Assembly (NCBI GenBank): GCA_965649765.1 | Contig: OZ287755.1 | Coordinates: 27,280,001-27,344,000 of the forward strand | Length of the DNA stretch: 64,000 nt | Reading direction: 5' to 3' | Source: Bispira polyomma | Taxonomy: Eukaryota | In this document: positions 26,601 to 41,600 of the stretch, in pieces | How the letters are laid out: each line of letters opens with the position of its first letter | How positions within the stretch are numbered: position 1 is the stretch's first letter | Notes under the pieces: generated by a model | Databases searched by the model: none | Told to the model about the DNA's origin: nothing | The model's input: the letters and a program-made list of their open reading frames with translations, nothing else | Position numbers and translations under genes: made by a program

Positions 26601-29600
26601 AATGAAGACGTAAGGTATGTCCTCATCATCATGTGGAAGTGGCTCAGCCGGTGGTAGACCCAGTGTCTCATTATTCAGTTTTGTTTTTAGGTCAGAGTTG
26701 TTGTACAAGAAACTATCCGATGTAGAACCGTTGCCACCAAGACCTTGTAGTTGTGGTACACTGAGCCAGAGTTCTCAGGAGCATTGATTGCAATGTGTTT
26801 CCTGTCTCCTATCTCTGCACCATATTGTTCAACTATGGCCTCGCACGTCTCTTTCAAACACAGAAATGGTGATGTGAGGCACTCTGAATGCATAGCTCAG
26901 GCTGTGGTAGCTGTTACCAGATGTCAGGTACCTCAAGGTGATGGCCAACTACATACCAGGCTGTAAGGCAGGCCTCCAGTTGGTGTCCTTCTTGGTCAGG
27001 CGGGGGTCATCCTGTTCAGCAACTCATGAAACATCGCTGGTTCCATCCTGAGGTAGTTCAGAAAATCACCATGTGATTCTATCTCTAGCTCTACCATAAG
27101 GTTGTCATAGTCACCAAACTTCAGGCGCCTGCTGATCCAGGGCCTCAACCAGTACTGCCTTGCCCTCCTCCTCCTCCTGAGGTATACCAGCAATGGTAGG
27201 CCAGCTACCTGCTGCTGCTAACGATGTCTTCTCACACCCATGATTTGACCTGCTGCTGCTGGACCAACAAATGCCATTATTATAATTTATCTAAGTACTA
27301 TCTTACTACTGTCTTACTACTATTTAACCACTATGTTTACTGCTCAATAACTGATTTCATACTGATGACTGTAGTATTGGTACCAGTATTTATATCCAGA
27401 TCAATATGCTCCCCAAGGGGTTTGCGATGGACGTGCCACCAGAAAACGGCGACTAGTCTCTGAAAGTTGCATGACGATCTCAGACTAGATGCCGTCAACC
27501 GCACAGAGGTCTTTGCAAGTTGCTGACTATCGCAAAACTGGTCTCTACAGATCTCAGATGATCGCTACAAGCTTCAGAGAGCTGCTGTAGATCGAATGCT
27601 GGTCATCGCCAGAGTGGTAGGCGACCGGTGGCCAACCCCAAAAAGCTGAATTTAGGTGTGACTGCTACAAAAAAATCTTAAAAAGATCTTAGGTAATTGC
27701 CACTGATCGGCCATTTTTCTTTAATTTCCAGCTTACAGCAGCTCTGCAACCGGTCGTGAGGGCTGTGTGACTGGGGCTTAAAACCTTCCATTTGACATTT
27801 AGTGTAATTGTAATTTTTTATTGGTTTGTTTTTTGTCAGTATATTTTGTGCCGTTTAAGTTTATTTAGTTTATGTACGATACAAATCTATATTTACTGCT
27901 ATTTACAATTTTAACATCAAAAGGACAACATCAAAAGGACAGTAAGGAATCTCGTTAAAAGGGAAAAATGATTTGGCCTTGCTGCATTAACAAAGGACCA
28001 ACACACACATATGATATTTGTTTTCCTCACTAGCCTGGCTGAGGAATGCGTGAATAAATAGATTGATTGGGGTTTAATACCAGTTTCTACTGATAACCCC
28101 CATGCATCAGCAAGTAACTGCCAACGTGCCCTCATAAGGATCTATGCAGTTTTAATTTAATTACATTTCTTTAGACTATCCTCAAACTTCTGGACTGTAA
28201 ATTTACAACAATTTTACAAGTTCTCTTTTGCAATAGAATATGACATTAAAGCGAAATGACATTACCCCTAACTAAATATAACTTACGAGTTCCCTTAATT
28301 TTGATATATTAAATCGAAGTGACTTGGGACACATTCCTCGAGTGAATGTTGATAACATCCCACGCTGATTACATCTCATCCTCACCTATTGTTGGCACAC
28401 ACACGGCCTGATACACCCTAAAGTACTAACCCCCACTCAAGTTGACACACATCACAATCATTAGTGCTAGGCCTTTAGGTTACCCCAACAGTCAACTTTA
28501 CTGTTAAAAGAGAAATACAATCGAGTATCTCCTCTGTCAAAAATTAAGCCCAGTTATTTCACAGATCAGCATCACTGTTTCATCGTATTTACACTAGCAG
28601 AAACAATGCCCTAGAATTAAAGAATTGTAATTGAATGAAATATAAGTAATGATTCATTGATCGTCTGATATTTGGCAGGTACGCATGTTTTTTTTAGTTT
28701 GTTGTCTTGTTTCTTGTCATTTTTATTTGTGAAACGTGTCCCGAGCTTTGTTCATGCTGTACATACTAAAGCTTTAACAAAATTAAATACTGCACACCGT
28801 TGTAACCCACCTGATGCCTATGGCCCCCTCTGGCCATATCACTCTGTTCTTGTTTATTTATAACTGTCCTTATGACATTATGAATTCTAAAGTATCCACT
28901 CAGTTTACCTGAGTAATTGGTACTTTTCAAAGATAAAAATAACTTCAAGAAATTATATCACAAGAGAGCTTTACTTACTGGAGCAAGTTCTAGACTGAGT
29001 ACTTTCCCCAAAACATCCAGCATGGGACGAGTAACAACCACCACAAGTCCTTGTCCTAGTTTGACGACACAGGACTCCTTGTTTGGTACAGCTTCCCCAT
29101 TGACCCCACTGGTTCCAGGATGGATCTGTTTGTAAAAAATAACAATAGATGGCCCACACCTAAGACATGTAGTGGAGGAACTGCTTATTGAAAAGATGGA
29201 AAATGGTTTCCGGGAGAGAGAAATTGACATTACTGTTAATATATGTAATAAAGATGTCAATACATTCCTTTACCAAAGATGTTGGAATTGAATCCAGATC
29301 ACAGGACTAATTTAGGGAGATTTGAATAAGTTTGAAGACTTCTTCCTCAGACAGTTAGAAGGTGGTAAAAGTGTTGCGTATAGTGGGTGGGTGTGGCGAG
29401 GTATGAGAAGATGACAAGCTAGATCTAAGTTTGGTAACTTTCTTCAAGAAACATTTACCAAAAATCTCAAGTCTGCCACTGTTTTGCATTCACCTAGTTT
29501 AACTGAAGAGGATTTCTAGAGTATTTTTTTGATTGAGTTCCACAAGGTCGTTGGGTTATCGCAGTTTTCATAAACAATGTTAGTGTAATGGTTTGAAAAG

Positions 29601-32600
29601 TTCAAGCATATGCGTTTAATAGTTTATACTGAGAGACATTAGTACTTTTGAACATATTGTGGGAAAGGCACTTTATAAAACCCCAAATTGTTATTGTCAC
29701 ATAGCCATACAAATATCAATGATCTTTGGATGTTTTTACCAAATTTCAACATTAATTGATATAAATTATAATTCTGCATTCCTAAATATTTTCAAGTGCC
29801 ATAAAATGTACAAATTAAAAAATACTCATTGAATGTTAATGAAATATTTTATAAGTCCTTCTTTTTGACAATTACATCAAAATTATAAAAAAATACTGTT
29901 AAACGTATACATAAATGTATATTTGACGTGGTGTTCAAAGTAGAATTTTCAAAATCTGCCCCTAAGCTTGTTTCAAAGTATGGAAAAACTTATTTGATGA
30001 AATTCTCAATTTTTAAAGTTAGTTTATTACAAATAAAAGTATCTTACTACAACAAGACTGCTGGTTACACACTCTATCTTCTACACCTGCACCACTGCAC
30101 TGCTTAATTCTGTCACATGACGCACAGGTACGTGATTTTGACTGTTTCCCGCCTCCACAAGTTTTGGTACAGCTAGTCCATTGTGTCCATGGGGTCCAAT
30201 AGTCAGCTTGAGAAAATGTTCAAATTATTGGATGCAGTTAATACCAGTCTCAATGACCGAACAGGCATATCATTACCTTTCTTCTTATTACAACTAGAAT
30301 TATTAAAACACTATATAAGACAAAATACTGAAAACAAATACAGGCATCTTCTAAAGTGCAAAATCATTGACAAAAATTTTGAAATTGTAGTCCAAAGCAA
30401 ATTCGTTATCAGGGGTTGACGTGGAGGAAGAAATCTATGGAGGGAAATCGAGGGTAAAGAGATGGGTCTTAAGGTTACTTCTTAAGTCAGAGGGGGTTCT
30501 CTGGGATCTTATATTGGTTGGTAACTTATTCCATAGTGTAGGTGCTGTAACAGAGAAAGCATAGTATCCAATCCGTTTACTGGTTCTGGCATCAGAGACT
30601 GAAATTTGGTTTCCCCTGGTAACAACAGTTTAGAGCTTTGTATGTAGTAACATTGAAAATAATGCGGTACTTCACAGGTAGCCAATGAAGTCTTTTGAGA
30701 AAATGAGTCGTGCTGACACATGGTCCCACACGGCACACAACTCTGCACAAGTGATTCTGGATTGACTGTAGACTTTGTAGCTGGAACTTCTTTAGTTCAA
30801 GAAGGAGAGAATTGCAGTAATCCAATCGACTGCTATGATTATGACAGTTTGATGAGATACAAGTTTATCCCTGTCTTTTAGTACAATTTAGTTTTGTCAG
30901 GATTAAGTTTGAGTTTGGCAAAATTCATCCAATCTTGAATGGAGTGGAGACATCTGGCAAGGATGCTAAGCTGATCTAGTGGATTTTTTTGCCAATAATG
31001 ATAGGTAGATTTGGGCGTCATTGGTATACATGTGATGTTTGATACTGAGTTTATTAATAACATAACTCAGTGGGAAGTGTAAAGAATAAATAGGAGGGGC
31101 CCTAAGACGGATCCTTTTGGTCATCAATTTTGATTCTTTTACTTTTGTTGGCAAGGCATGATGCAATCTAATCCAAGACGAGGCCTTCAATGCCAAACCA
31201 GATTCTTAAAAGATTCTCAAATGTCGTCTATTATATCAGTAGTTGTGCATTTTTTATCAGAATATTGTGTGCCATTAATGTTTATTTAGTTTATAACAAT
31301 CATATGTGCTGTATTTCGTCCAGTTTAAATTTATGATGTCCCTGAGTGGCCTTTATTAATTAGTTTTAACTTCACATGGTAGTGGATTTACAAGCAGTTG
31401 TATTTCAAGTGACACATATGGGGTATTGGTTGTTCTCACCAGGCTAGCTAATGTGTTACTTGAAAGAGAAATATCTCGATTTAAATTAATTTTTATATTC
31501 TTAAAACATTATATTACTATTTAAGACCAATCTTAGCTAATCATAATAAAAGAGTTATTAAGAAATATATGATTTGAAAGTGTATATTCTACAATATATT
31601 ACCGCTCATTATCTGTATATTATTGAATCATGTAAACTGCTTCACCAGTATACTTTACACACTAATTATTTTAAAATTATACAATTTCTCAAAATATTTT
31701 GTAATTCAAATTCTTCTTACATAGATACTTACCATTTTAAAATAAATAATGTCATCCAACCAACTGACCCAAGGAATAGGAATGTTTTATGTACCTTAAA
31801 GATAGAGCTGTGGGTGCACAACTGTCTATAATGGGACAATTGGAAGATTTTAAAACACTTGAAGGACACCAGGTCAGTATTGGTTTTCCAATACTCAAAA
31901 AAGAGTTGTGAATGAGAACAATTTTATCGGGAAAAGTGTTCTCTACAAAAATTCTAGAATCAGCCCTAGATATCTGAGGGACACACACTGCAACCAAACA
32001 GTTAATTTATCTTTATCAATTTGACCCAAAAATATAAAAAAAGAATATTCCTATGATTACAACTAAAAGAAGAAATGTGTAAATTCACCATCCAGCGTTT
32101 TCTGTAGCTGTAATGGTAAACCAAACTTGATGTACTTCATAAGGACGACTCCTCATCACTCTACCAGTAGAAAACCACGTGGATACAGACTTTATACAAA
32201 AAGCATATGTGCAAATACAACACACATTTATGGCTGAAAGATAAGATGGGTGGCTGCAATGGAATCGACCTTAATCGTGTCACTATTATGCCAGTACATA
32301 TCCTTGACATCATTTCTCCACCTTTTGTCCTATTTAAATAGTATATCATTGCTCAATATGTGAAAAGACAATTGTCTTCATTGACAGATCTTTCAAAGTT
32401 ACATTTTAGTGCAGGAATTACTACCAGTTAAAGAGACAAAGGAAAGTGTAATAAAATCCAGAAGGATTAGCCTCTTTTCCTATTAAAAAATTGGGTGTCC
32501 AAGTATGGATTTCACCTTTCACCTAAAGCCGAAGCCAATAAAAGACTAATAAACAAATGTGGCACTTTAGCTAAAGGTTCAAAAGGTACATTTGTGAATG

Positions 32601-35600
32601 GGCCTTTTGCTATAGGTATTTTTCAAGTTTCTAACCTTAAAACAAAAAGTTCAGATCTTCTATATTAGAGTACAAGGTCTTAAGGTACAGACCAGTTGAA
32701 CAGTTTTGAATCAATTTGGAAAGAACAGCTACTAGACAAAATAGATAAGTGTGAAGATTTTCCCAGCGTTATGTATCTGTTTACACTGTTTGTCTGTCCA
32801 TGACAGGAGGACAGGGGGAATATATACAAGAAGTTTGTTGTGTCTTGTTGCAAAAATATCTACCATTGGTACCAAATTTTAAACTAGGTGAAGAGGCTGT
32901 TTGAACTGACTGACCTTCCGCCCCCCCCCCCCCCCCTCAATATGTGCCAATGCCAGGATTCTCCAGGCCAGGACACAAGGTTCCAACGAGTGGGTTCCTT
33001 GTATTAAGACTAAAGGGACGTTTTCCTAAAATTTTGTAAAGTGTTTGAGAGCTAGACACTTCTTTAAACTTATTTATGTGTACGTTTCTGTGATGAAACA
33101 CTCTGATCGACTGTATAATTATTCAGGTATTTACCCAGTCTTTCGCTAATGCTGCGGTCAAACTGGCCTTGCGTTTCGATTAAGCACAAAAAAATGGCTG
33201 ACGTAAGCTAAACGTAAGTAAATGTAGGCAAAACATGCGTAAGATGGTACCTTAAGTTTAGTTATCTCCTGTTTTTAAAGAAACGTCTTAATTTTTGGAC
33301 TGTTCAAAATTTTTTGTATTTAGCCGTTTGCTAAAAATTTTCCAGAAACGGGTGGTATAACTTAATGTGTATCTGATATAAAGGACGGGAGTAAAACGAA
33401 CTATACTTACAAAAAATATGAAAAGCGAGGAGAAAGAGAATGAAACGGGTTTACAAACATTAAAAACGAGACCGAGTTTAGAAACGTTGCTAAAGTATTT
33501 CTAATACGTGGCTAACGAGGCTGACATATTATTAAAATAAGGCAAACAAGTTAAACATAATTGAAACGGCTATTAAAACGTATCAAATGCGTGAACAAAC
33601 GTGAACAGATGCGTACTGAACGTGTACAAAACAGCCCATATATTTGATTTTTGCTATGTTTCCTGATTTTTCCACGGTTTTTCAGTTTGTTTTTTATGAA
33701 AAAAAAACATGTAACGCAAACGTACTCAGTGTGACCACGGCATAAAGCATCTAGGAACAACAGAAGGTTGTATTCCAACGTATGCAGGGCTGACCCATGT
33801 GTGACTGATGGGGTACACTGGACCTAGTTCCAAATAGATGTGGTGACACATAAAATTCACCTTTTATGTTGGATTTAGTTCTGATCTTAAGTATCAGACC
33901 CAACAACTGAAAGAGTAATATCAGCTTCTTCTGTAGTGTTTATATCCTTCTTTAATTTTTGGTGGAAGTAACTAAAAACAGTAACAAGACAATGGCAAAT
34001 TAAAATGCCTTGAGAAAAAAAACTGTTATTTTCTCCACTACTGCTATAACTTCTATAGTGCGCTCAATCCTGAGTGGTAAACTGGAACAAATGTCCCTGT
34101 ACCTGCCTTTTCTGGTTTTGGTACAAGAAAAAAATGTTTTTTTTAGTGAATAACCTTCCTTGAGAAGAGCTACAATTCTTGGATGGGCATTTATTTGTCC
34201 AAATATCTGTCAAAACGGCCTGCATGATATGTTGGTCAGTCACTTTGTCCTATTTGTGTTAGCTTTGCTGTAGATATAAAGGTGAATTCTCGCAACCGTT
34301 CCTGAGATAACATTTGGACATTTCCCTATACAAAGCTAAATTCGACCTGCAACTTTAATTTCTATGCTCCTTTTCCATTTTTACTGTTGCTTTCTCGACA
34401 GAATTTTAAACCAATTTTTGTGGTTGAGAATCCGAATATTTTCAAGTCGAACACACAGGGGCAAAAGAAGCAAAGGACTTACAGGTCGATAGAAGTCAAG
34501 GAACTGACCCTTCTGTAATAAAGGATGAGCTTGAAAAATGTCTGATGTACCAAGCCCCTTAAATTTCCATATGTTAATCATGTTTGCAGAAGGGAACAAA
34601 TACTAAAGGTGCCACCAAAGACTCAACATCCTGGACTTCTAAACTGAGCCATTTGTCAATAGTATCCATCTAATTAGGGCTGGGTTCAGTGTCTCTTTTC
34701 CAATGGAGGACTGATGCCTGGACTGTTAACTTGTGAAAACCCACCTATCTCTGCTGAATGCCTGTCATCATCAATGACAGGTTCATCATAAGCACAGGGT
34801 ATTGAGCAGACTTTCTGGTTCCGACCATTTCAACCCTGCTTACAGTCACTGGATTGATGTTAAACCCATCATATTATTTATATTATGAATTTTTAGCGCG
34901 CTTAATTGATGCTAGGCATCTTCTAAAGCACAACAGCAGAATCATTGGTCCAATCATTAAGTCCATGGACATTGCAAAGTAATAAAGGCTTACATAGTCC
35001 CAAGTGTGATGGGCGATGGACAAACCAATAATGAGCGAGTGTCTTTATATATGCCTCTTTTGGTGGTGGATTATTCTGTCCCATATATATATGTATAGGT
35101 GTGGACGCGCTGGCCTGTACTCAAGCTTCAAAAAATGTTTGTCTTTGTTTGGCCAGTTGGTTGGATGACTCCAACATATAGCACTCATAGAAAATGGCAA
35201 GTACATCTTTGTAATAAAAAGTCTGCACATTATCTTAGTATTAGTATATTAGTAGTAGTATTAGTATTTGATTTATTTTGTCCTGCAATGTATGTATGTG
35301 GTTGTCTCTGACTCTAAAAAACAATACATTTCATACTTTATATAAACATGTTTTCTGGACCCGATGTACTATCTTTACTAAGAAATATATCAGAAGTTTT
35401 GGTTTATTGTTTATACAAATTAATATTTAAAAATATAAGTTTGATATAATAATAATTGTAAAACCAAGTATATTTGTGTAGCCTTTCTACTATCTTTGAT
35501 AAACACGCTCCATGGGTATCTAAAACCCTTCCCCCAACAAACCCCAATAAATGGACCAATCACAGAGGCTAAAAGACACAAATGCCAACTGGAGCGTCAA

Positions 35601-38600
35601 TGGTGTCGTACCAAATGCTTGTTCGACAGAAGCCGTTACCGTATTTCCCCAAGCAACTTCAACAGGCTGATATCTAGTGCCAAAAGAAAGCACAACGACT
35701 ATATCAGCAGTGACAATCAAGACAATCCCAAAAGGTTATGGGCCTCCATAAACAAAATTTAAAATTAACATTAACTGAGTGTGTGTTTTTTTAAGGTTCA
35801 ATGTCTTTCCACAAGGTGGGCACTAACTTTATATACTTGACAAGTGAAGAATGTTAACATTACCCAAGTGTGTTTCTTAACGTCTAATCACTTTCCACTG
35901 GATGGAAATTGACTTTATAAAATTGACAAGTGAGGAATGTTAACATTAAATGAGGGCTTGTTTTTTAACATCCAATGTCTTACTACTAGATGGGCATTAA
36001 TTTGATATCATTGGCAAGTGTAGAATGTTAACATTAACCAAGTATGTTTTTAAAAACATTCTGTGTAATTTTACTGGATGGGCAAATGACGCACAAATAA
36101 CGACTTCATATAAATTCCAGTATGCTCTCGATTCTGTTTTTACTGACAAATTACATCCTTTTTTCAGTTTGACTTTTCAAGTGAAAAATTAAATTAACTT
36201 GTACGAATTCTAATCTTACTAATAGATTAACAGCATTGGCCATTTTTTTAAGTGTTATATTTGTATGGCACTTACTTTTGATGTATTATTTAGCATGTCA
36301 TGTTTGAGGTATAAAGTATGGTATGTACATTGTTTTTGCAAGTTTATGTTTTATGTGTGTGTTGTTTTTTGTTGTTCCAAACTTTTTGACAAGACAGGGT
36401 AGTAGCATTATTTATCTCTTTGTCTGTGTTTGCTTTCTTTATGCTACATATTGTTCACTAAATTTTGTTTAAATTAATAGTAAATACAATGGAATGATTA
36501 CAGGATGTAACAAAACATGTCAGTATTGAGTTTTATTTCCGTTTAGAGTATGCGTAAAATTTGACGTATGTTGTGGTAACAGTCGTTAGGAGACTAAAAA
36601 TGTGTCTATGCCAGTGGGTGAAATAAATAAGTGTTGTATATTTGCATACAATGGGTGATATTCTTAATATATTTTGTTTTAATACAAAAGGCTTAGGTGA
36701 TAAAAGTAAAAGATAAACTATTTTCTACTGGTTTAAAGGGATGGGACCTGTATTATTCATAATACAAGACTCTCATTCATCATGTACCACTAAAAACAGT
36801 GGAGAAACCAGTGGGATGGTACAATTGAATTTTCTCATGGTACCTCAAATAGTAGAGGAGTTGCAATATTAATATCCCCTGGCATAGATACTAATATGTT
36901 TGATCAAAAGAAGGACAATTTTGGTAGATTTTCACTGCTAGATTGTACAATATCAGCTAAGAGATATATACTTAGTAATGTGTATGCTCCTACAATAGAT
37001 AAAACTCAGAAACAAAAGATGTATGGGGAAGATTAAATAAGCAGACTTCAAAACCATGTTGGTGGAAGCTTTGTATTTGAGGGTGATTTAAACATAAATC
37101 TGGATAGCACACATGATACGAGTATCTTTTGTAAAAACTCAGGTTATATAAAGCAATTGTCACAGTTGATGATACTGTTAGATGTTACAGATATCTAGAG
37201 GATAAAACTCCCTGATACAATCCGATATACAAGATGAGAAAAAAACACATTTTGGCTTTTAAACAATCTAGAATTGACTATTTCCTGGTATCATATGGCC
37301 TAGAATACAATACAAAAGTTGTCAATATTCTACCAATTAAAATTCTGACCACATCCTACTAAAAATTTCCAAATCATGAGATTACATCGAATATATATGA
37401 TAAGAACTGAGTCTATTACTTTTTCAATAAAGAAATGTAAAAGGAACAAAATTGAATTTGAAAATTTAGAAAAACGGCTGATTGAACTAGATGATTGAAC
37501 TAGATAAAAGGGCACAATACAAATATGGATAAATCACAACCTAATGTCGAGACATATCTATGTAATGTCGATATTCCCAAAATATCTGATAGAAGTAATA
37601 CTCTTTGTGAGGAAACCATTACAGAAGTTAAAAAAGCTGTATATTGTCTAGCCAATAATAAAACACCAGGACCCGATGGAATACCTTGTAAATTTTGCAA
37701 GACTTTTTGTACTGAAATAGGTAACCATATTATTATGCACTCAAACCTGTAATTGATAATGTTTGCAGTATACAACAGTTTCTGTTATGTTTCATGTAGC
37801 AATTGTGCTTATAATTTCATGATCGCTTTTGTTATTGTATGTTACTTTTGTCATGTATCCTTTTTCTTATATGATTTTGTAAGTCTTCTATGTCAAAAAG
37901 AAATTTGTAAAGCTCCTTGTAATGTAAAAATTTGTAAAACCTTTATTTCAATGTAGTATAGTACCAATTGATAAAAAGGTCTTTTGTACGAGAACAACTA
38001 AAAGGGTTTTTGGTTTGTAATTGTATATTATTGTATTGTATAATGTTTTGTATAACTGTCTGTACAATTATTTGTTTTGAATGTCTATACCTCCTAAAAC
38101 ATAAAAAATATTCTCCTTCGAACATCTGAGAAAGTTCCCCTCATAAATCACAATTTTAGCGGATAGATTTGGAAAATTTTATTGATAATATCAGCAATAT
38201 TTGTGACGTTTTTTTAACGATGTATCATCTGTCCTTCAACCCCAGGTTATAAGGTTTCTAACCTGTTCCATTTCTGCAAACTTTCCGAGTAGGATGTTCT
38301 GAAACTTATGAAATCCTCTCCTATTAAATATTGTGAACTAGATCCTATCCCAGCTGTTATTTCAAATCAATGTCTCGATATTCTAGTCACACATAACCAA
38401 CATATTAAATTTTTCTCTTCGGGATGGTATTTTCCCAACCTGTTTCAAGACTGACAATGTAACTCCCTTGATAAAAAAACAGGTCTTGATCAGAACCAGG
38501 TCAGAAACTGCAGACCAGTGTCAAACCTCAGCTTTGTCTCTAAAGTTATCGAGAAAGCGGTAGCACAACAAATTTTTGATCACCTCAACCGACACAACAT

Positions 38601-41600
38601 CAAAAATCGTCACCAATCTGCTTACAGAAAGTTTCACTCTACAGAAAGTACCCTTTTTTCTATCAACAATGATATCAATCTTGCATTGGACCACAAAGAA
38701 ACAGTGGCCCTCACTGTTTTAGATCTCTCAGCAGCATTTGACACTATTGACACTCTCAAGCAGTGGTTTGGAATAAATGGCAGCGTTCTTGATTGGATCA
38801 GATCTTACCTTACTCTTAGAGCACAAGTAATTAAATTAGATGATCACCAATTATTTCCTATAAACCTACCATACAGAGTACCCCAAGGATCTGTCCTTGG
38901 GCCTCTACTTTTCACCCTTGTCACAAATAATCATAATTTTACGTGCACCTTAATCCAAACACATCAATCGGTGCCCTGGAAGTCCTTCAGAAATGCTTAG
39001 CAGATGTTCAAAATTGGATGGCGCTAAATAAGCTCAAGCTAAATCCTGCTAAAACCGAATTCATTGTTTGGCTCGGGCAGTCAACGTGCTGAACTGTCAA
39101 ATTCTTTTCCAGTAAACATTCTTCGGACACTGTTATTCCCAACTGATAAAGTGAGGAACCTGGCAGTTTTGTTTGGCAGTGATTTTTCATTTTCCAGGCT
39201 TGGATAAATGACTCGCTCGTGCTAATATCATATCCGTGACATCAAAAGAATCTGAAACCATCTGTCAATGGACACTGTGGCTAACGCCATTGTGAGCAGC
39301 CGCCTTGACAACTGCAACTCTCTTTTGTTTTGAGTAAACAAGTCACAGATTAAAAAGCTCCAATCCATTAAAAACTACCTATGCAGGGTGATTTTTTACT
39401 TGGGGGTCGTACAGACATCACTTCTTACCTAAAAAATTACACTGGCGGCCTATTCACTCTCGAATTTTGTTTAAAATTCAGGTTACCACTTTTAAGGCTG
39501 TAGTCACTCAACTGCACTTCTACCTTGCTTGCCTTCTCTCTTTCAGTAACCGTAAGAGAGGCAACAGACTCTCTGTTTCTTCAGTCAAACCCATGAGGAA
39601 GGCCGGATCCAGAGCTCCAATCCTTTCTCCATTGCAGCTCCCTTGTTATGGAACAGTCTCCAAGTTGACCTCAGATCAGTTGATACACTCATCGGTTTTA
39701 GGAAAAAGCTTAAAACCTATCTTTTTAACCTTGCCTACCCACTTTAGTTTCCCTCTTGTATGCTCCCACATCTTTCATTTCGATTCTAATGTTGCACTTT
39801 AGAAGATGCCTAGCATCAAACTAGCGCAGTAAAACTTCATAATAGAAAAAATAATATTGCTGCACTTCCTGTTATGGATCACTTTCTATTATCGATCCCA
39901 ACCACAACCAAGTAAACTCCGTTTTACTTGGTTATGTGACGCAATTTTTTGCTTGAGTGATAGCCATTAGATAGTATTATTTCAGATGCATTCTGATCAT
40001 ATTCTGCAAAAGCGCATGCAGTATGATGCTGAACACCTAACATTTACTTTAAGGGTAGTTTTTAGAAGAAGGTCATTCAATTAGAGGTTCTGCAAAGCTA
40101 TATAATGTACCCTACACTACACTTTGCGATAGAGTGAAAGGCAGAGTGCCAATTGACAACACAGGTCCAGGCCCAGCACCAATATTAAGTCAGCTAGAAG
40201 AAAGTAAACTTGCAGATCATATTCTGCTGATGTCTAGCATTGGATATGGCTATACCCGCGCTGATGTTATGGGTATTGCTGGGGAATATTTGTGTAGCAT
40301 GGGTAGGCGTGAAACTGGCAAACCATAATCGGACGAATAGTTTTATAATTTTTTGAAACGGTGGTCAGAGTTGAGGGTGATCAAACCAAGTGGTTTAGAG
40401 TTGATTAGGGCTAAAAGCACAACTCCTGATATCATTAACAAGTACTATGTTGAACGTCATGATATTTTTGACAAGTCTAGTTTGACAGACAAGCCTGAGT
40501 GTGTGTACAACATTGATGTAAAGGGTATTAACAGTGAGCATACACTTCCCAATGTTGTAGGTGGCCAAAATTTGAAACCCCAATCTCTGATTTCACCTAA
40601 AGGTGCCACAACTGTCATTGTATGCGGTAATGCAAACAGCATGTAAATTCCACCGTACTTTGTTTTCAAAGGTGTCAGGTTTCTTCCTGAACTTCTAAAC
40701 AATTCCCTTGCTAGTTCCGATGGAACTGTATCACCCACCGGATTGTCAAACAGTCAAACCTTCAATATATATCTTGATCACTTTTTAAGGTACAGCCAGG
40801 GTCAGGGTCAGTGATACTTTAATGGATAATGGATACAAAAAACATGTGTGAATCAAACTAATGAGTGAAAGAGCAACTAAAGAAGACATTGAAGTGGATA
40901 TCTTAAAATGGTAAGCATTTGCGTTATATTTGTCGGCGTTTTGATTTACCTCTACTACATGCCCTGCTTTCGGTGGATGATCCAGTACAGGAAGTGCTCT
41001 GTTTACCATTACATTTGTTTACACATTTTCTATTTTTCTGCTGATGTCCATTACAGGGACTGCTACAGGAGGTCCAGGTAGACCACTGAGTCCATTGGTG
41101 GACTGAAACAGTAAAATACAGGGCTAGTGAGTACAGTAGAACAAAATAGCAATTAGAATATGCCACCTCTCAATAAACACCACTTTTGAGGGTTCCCTTG
41201 GGTGGTCTTTTATATACAGGTTTTACTGTATATAACATAACATATACATTTGATATAGTGCAATTATATGTAGTAATAACATTTTAAATGCATATATAAA
41301 CATACACATTCTATTATCCGAATTATTTAAACTAAAATAATATCTTATTATTTTAGGAACATAAATTTGTTTTAGTTTGTCGATATTGCTACTCCTTCCC
41401 CATTGTTTTAAATAGTTAAAAAAAAAATTGATTTTGATTGGTTTATTTTTCTTCAGATAAAATGGTTGTGGCTTTCAAACAGTGTGGCAAATTGTTTAGA
41501 GAACTAGGAAACTAGGAAATGGAATGGGTAAGCTTAAGGACTTCTTCTGCAGGCAAAGTACGGAAGGAGGTAAAAGTGTTGTGTATAGTGGATGGGTGCA

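Larger units (their letters stand above)
24528..27778. mobile_element. PIF/Harbinger DNA transposon (decayed, both ends present)
   Basis: TIRs (T/A)GC(T/C)CCAGTCACACAGCCCTCAC, TAA target duplication, convergent MADF-like and nuclease ORFs. Confidence 0.9.
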
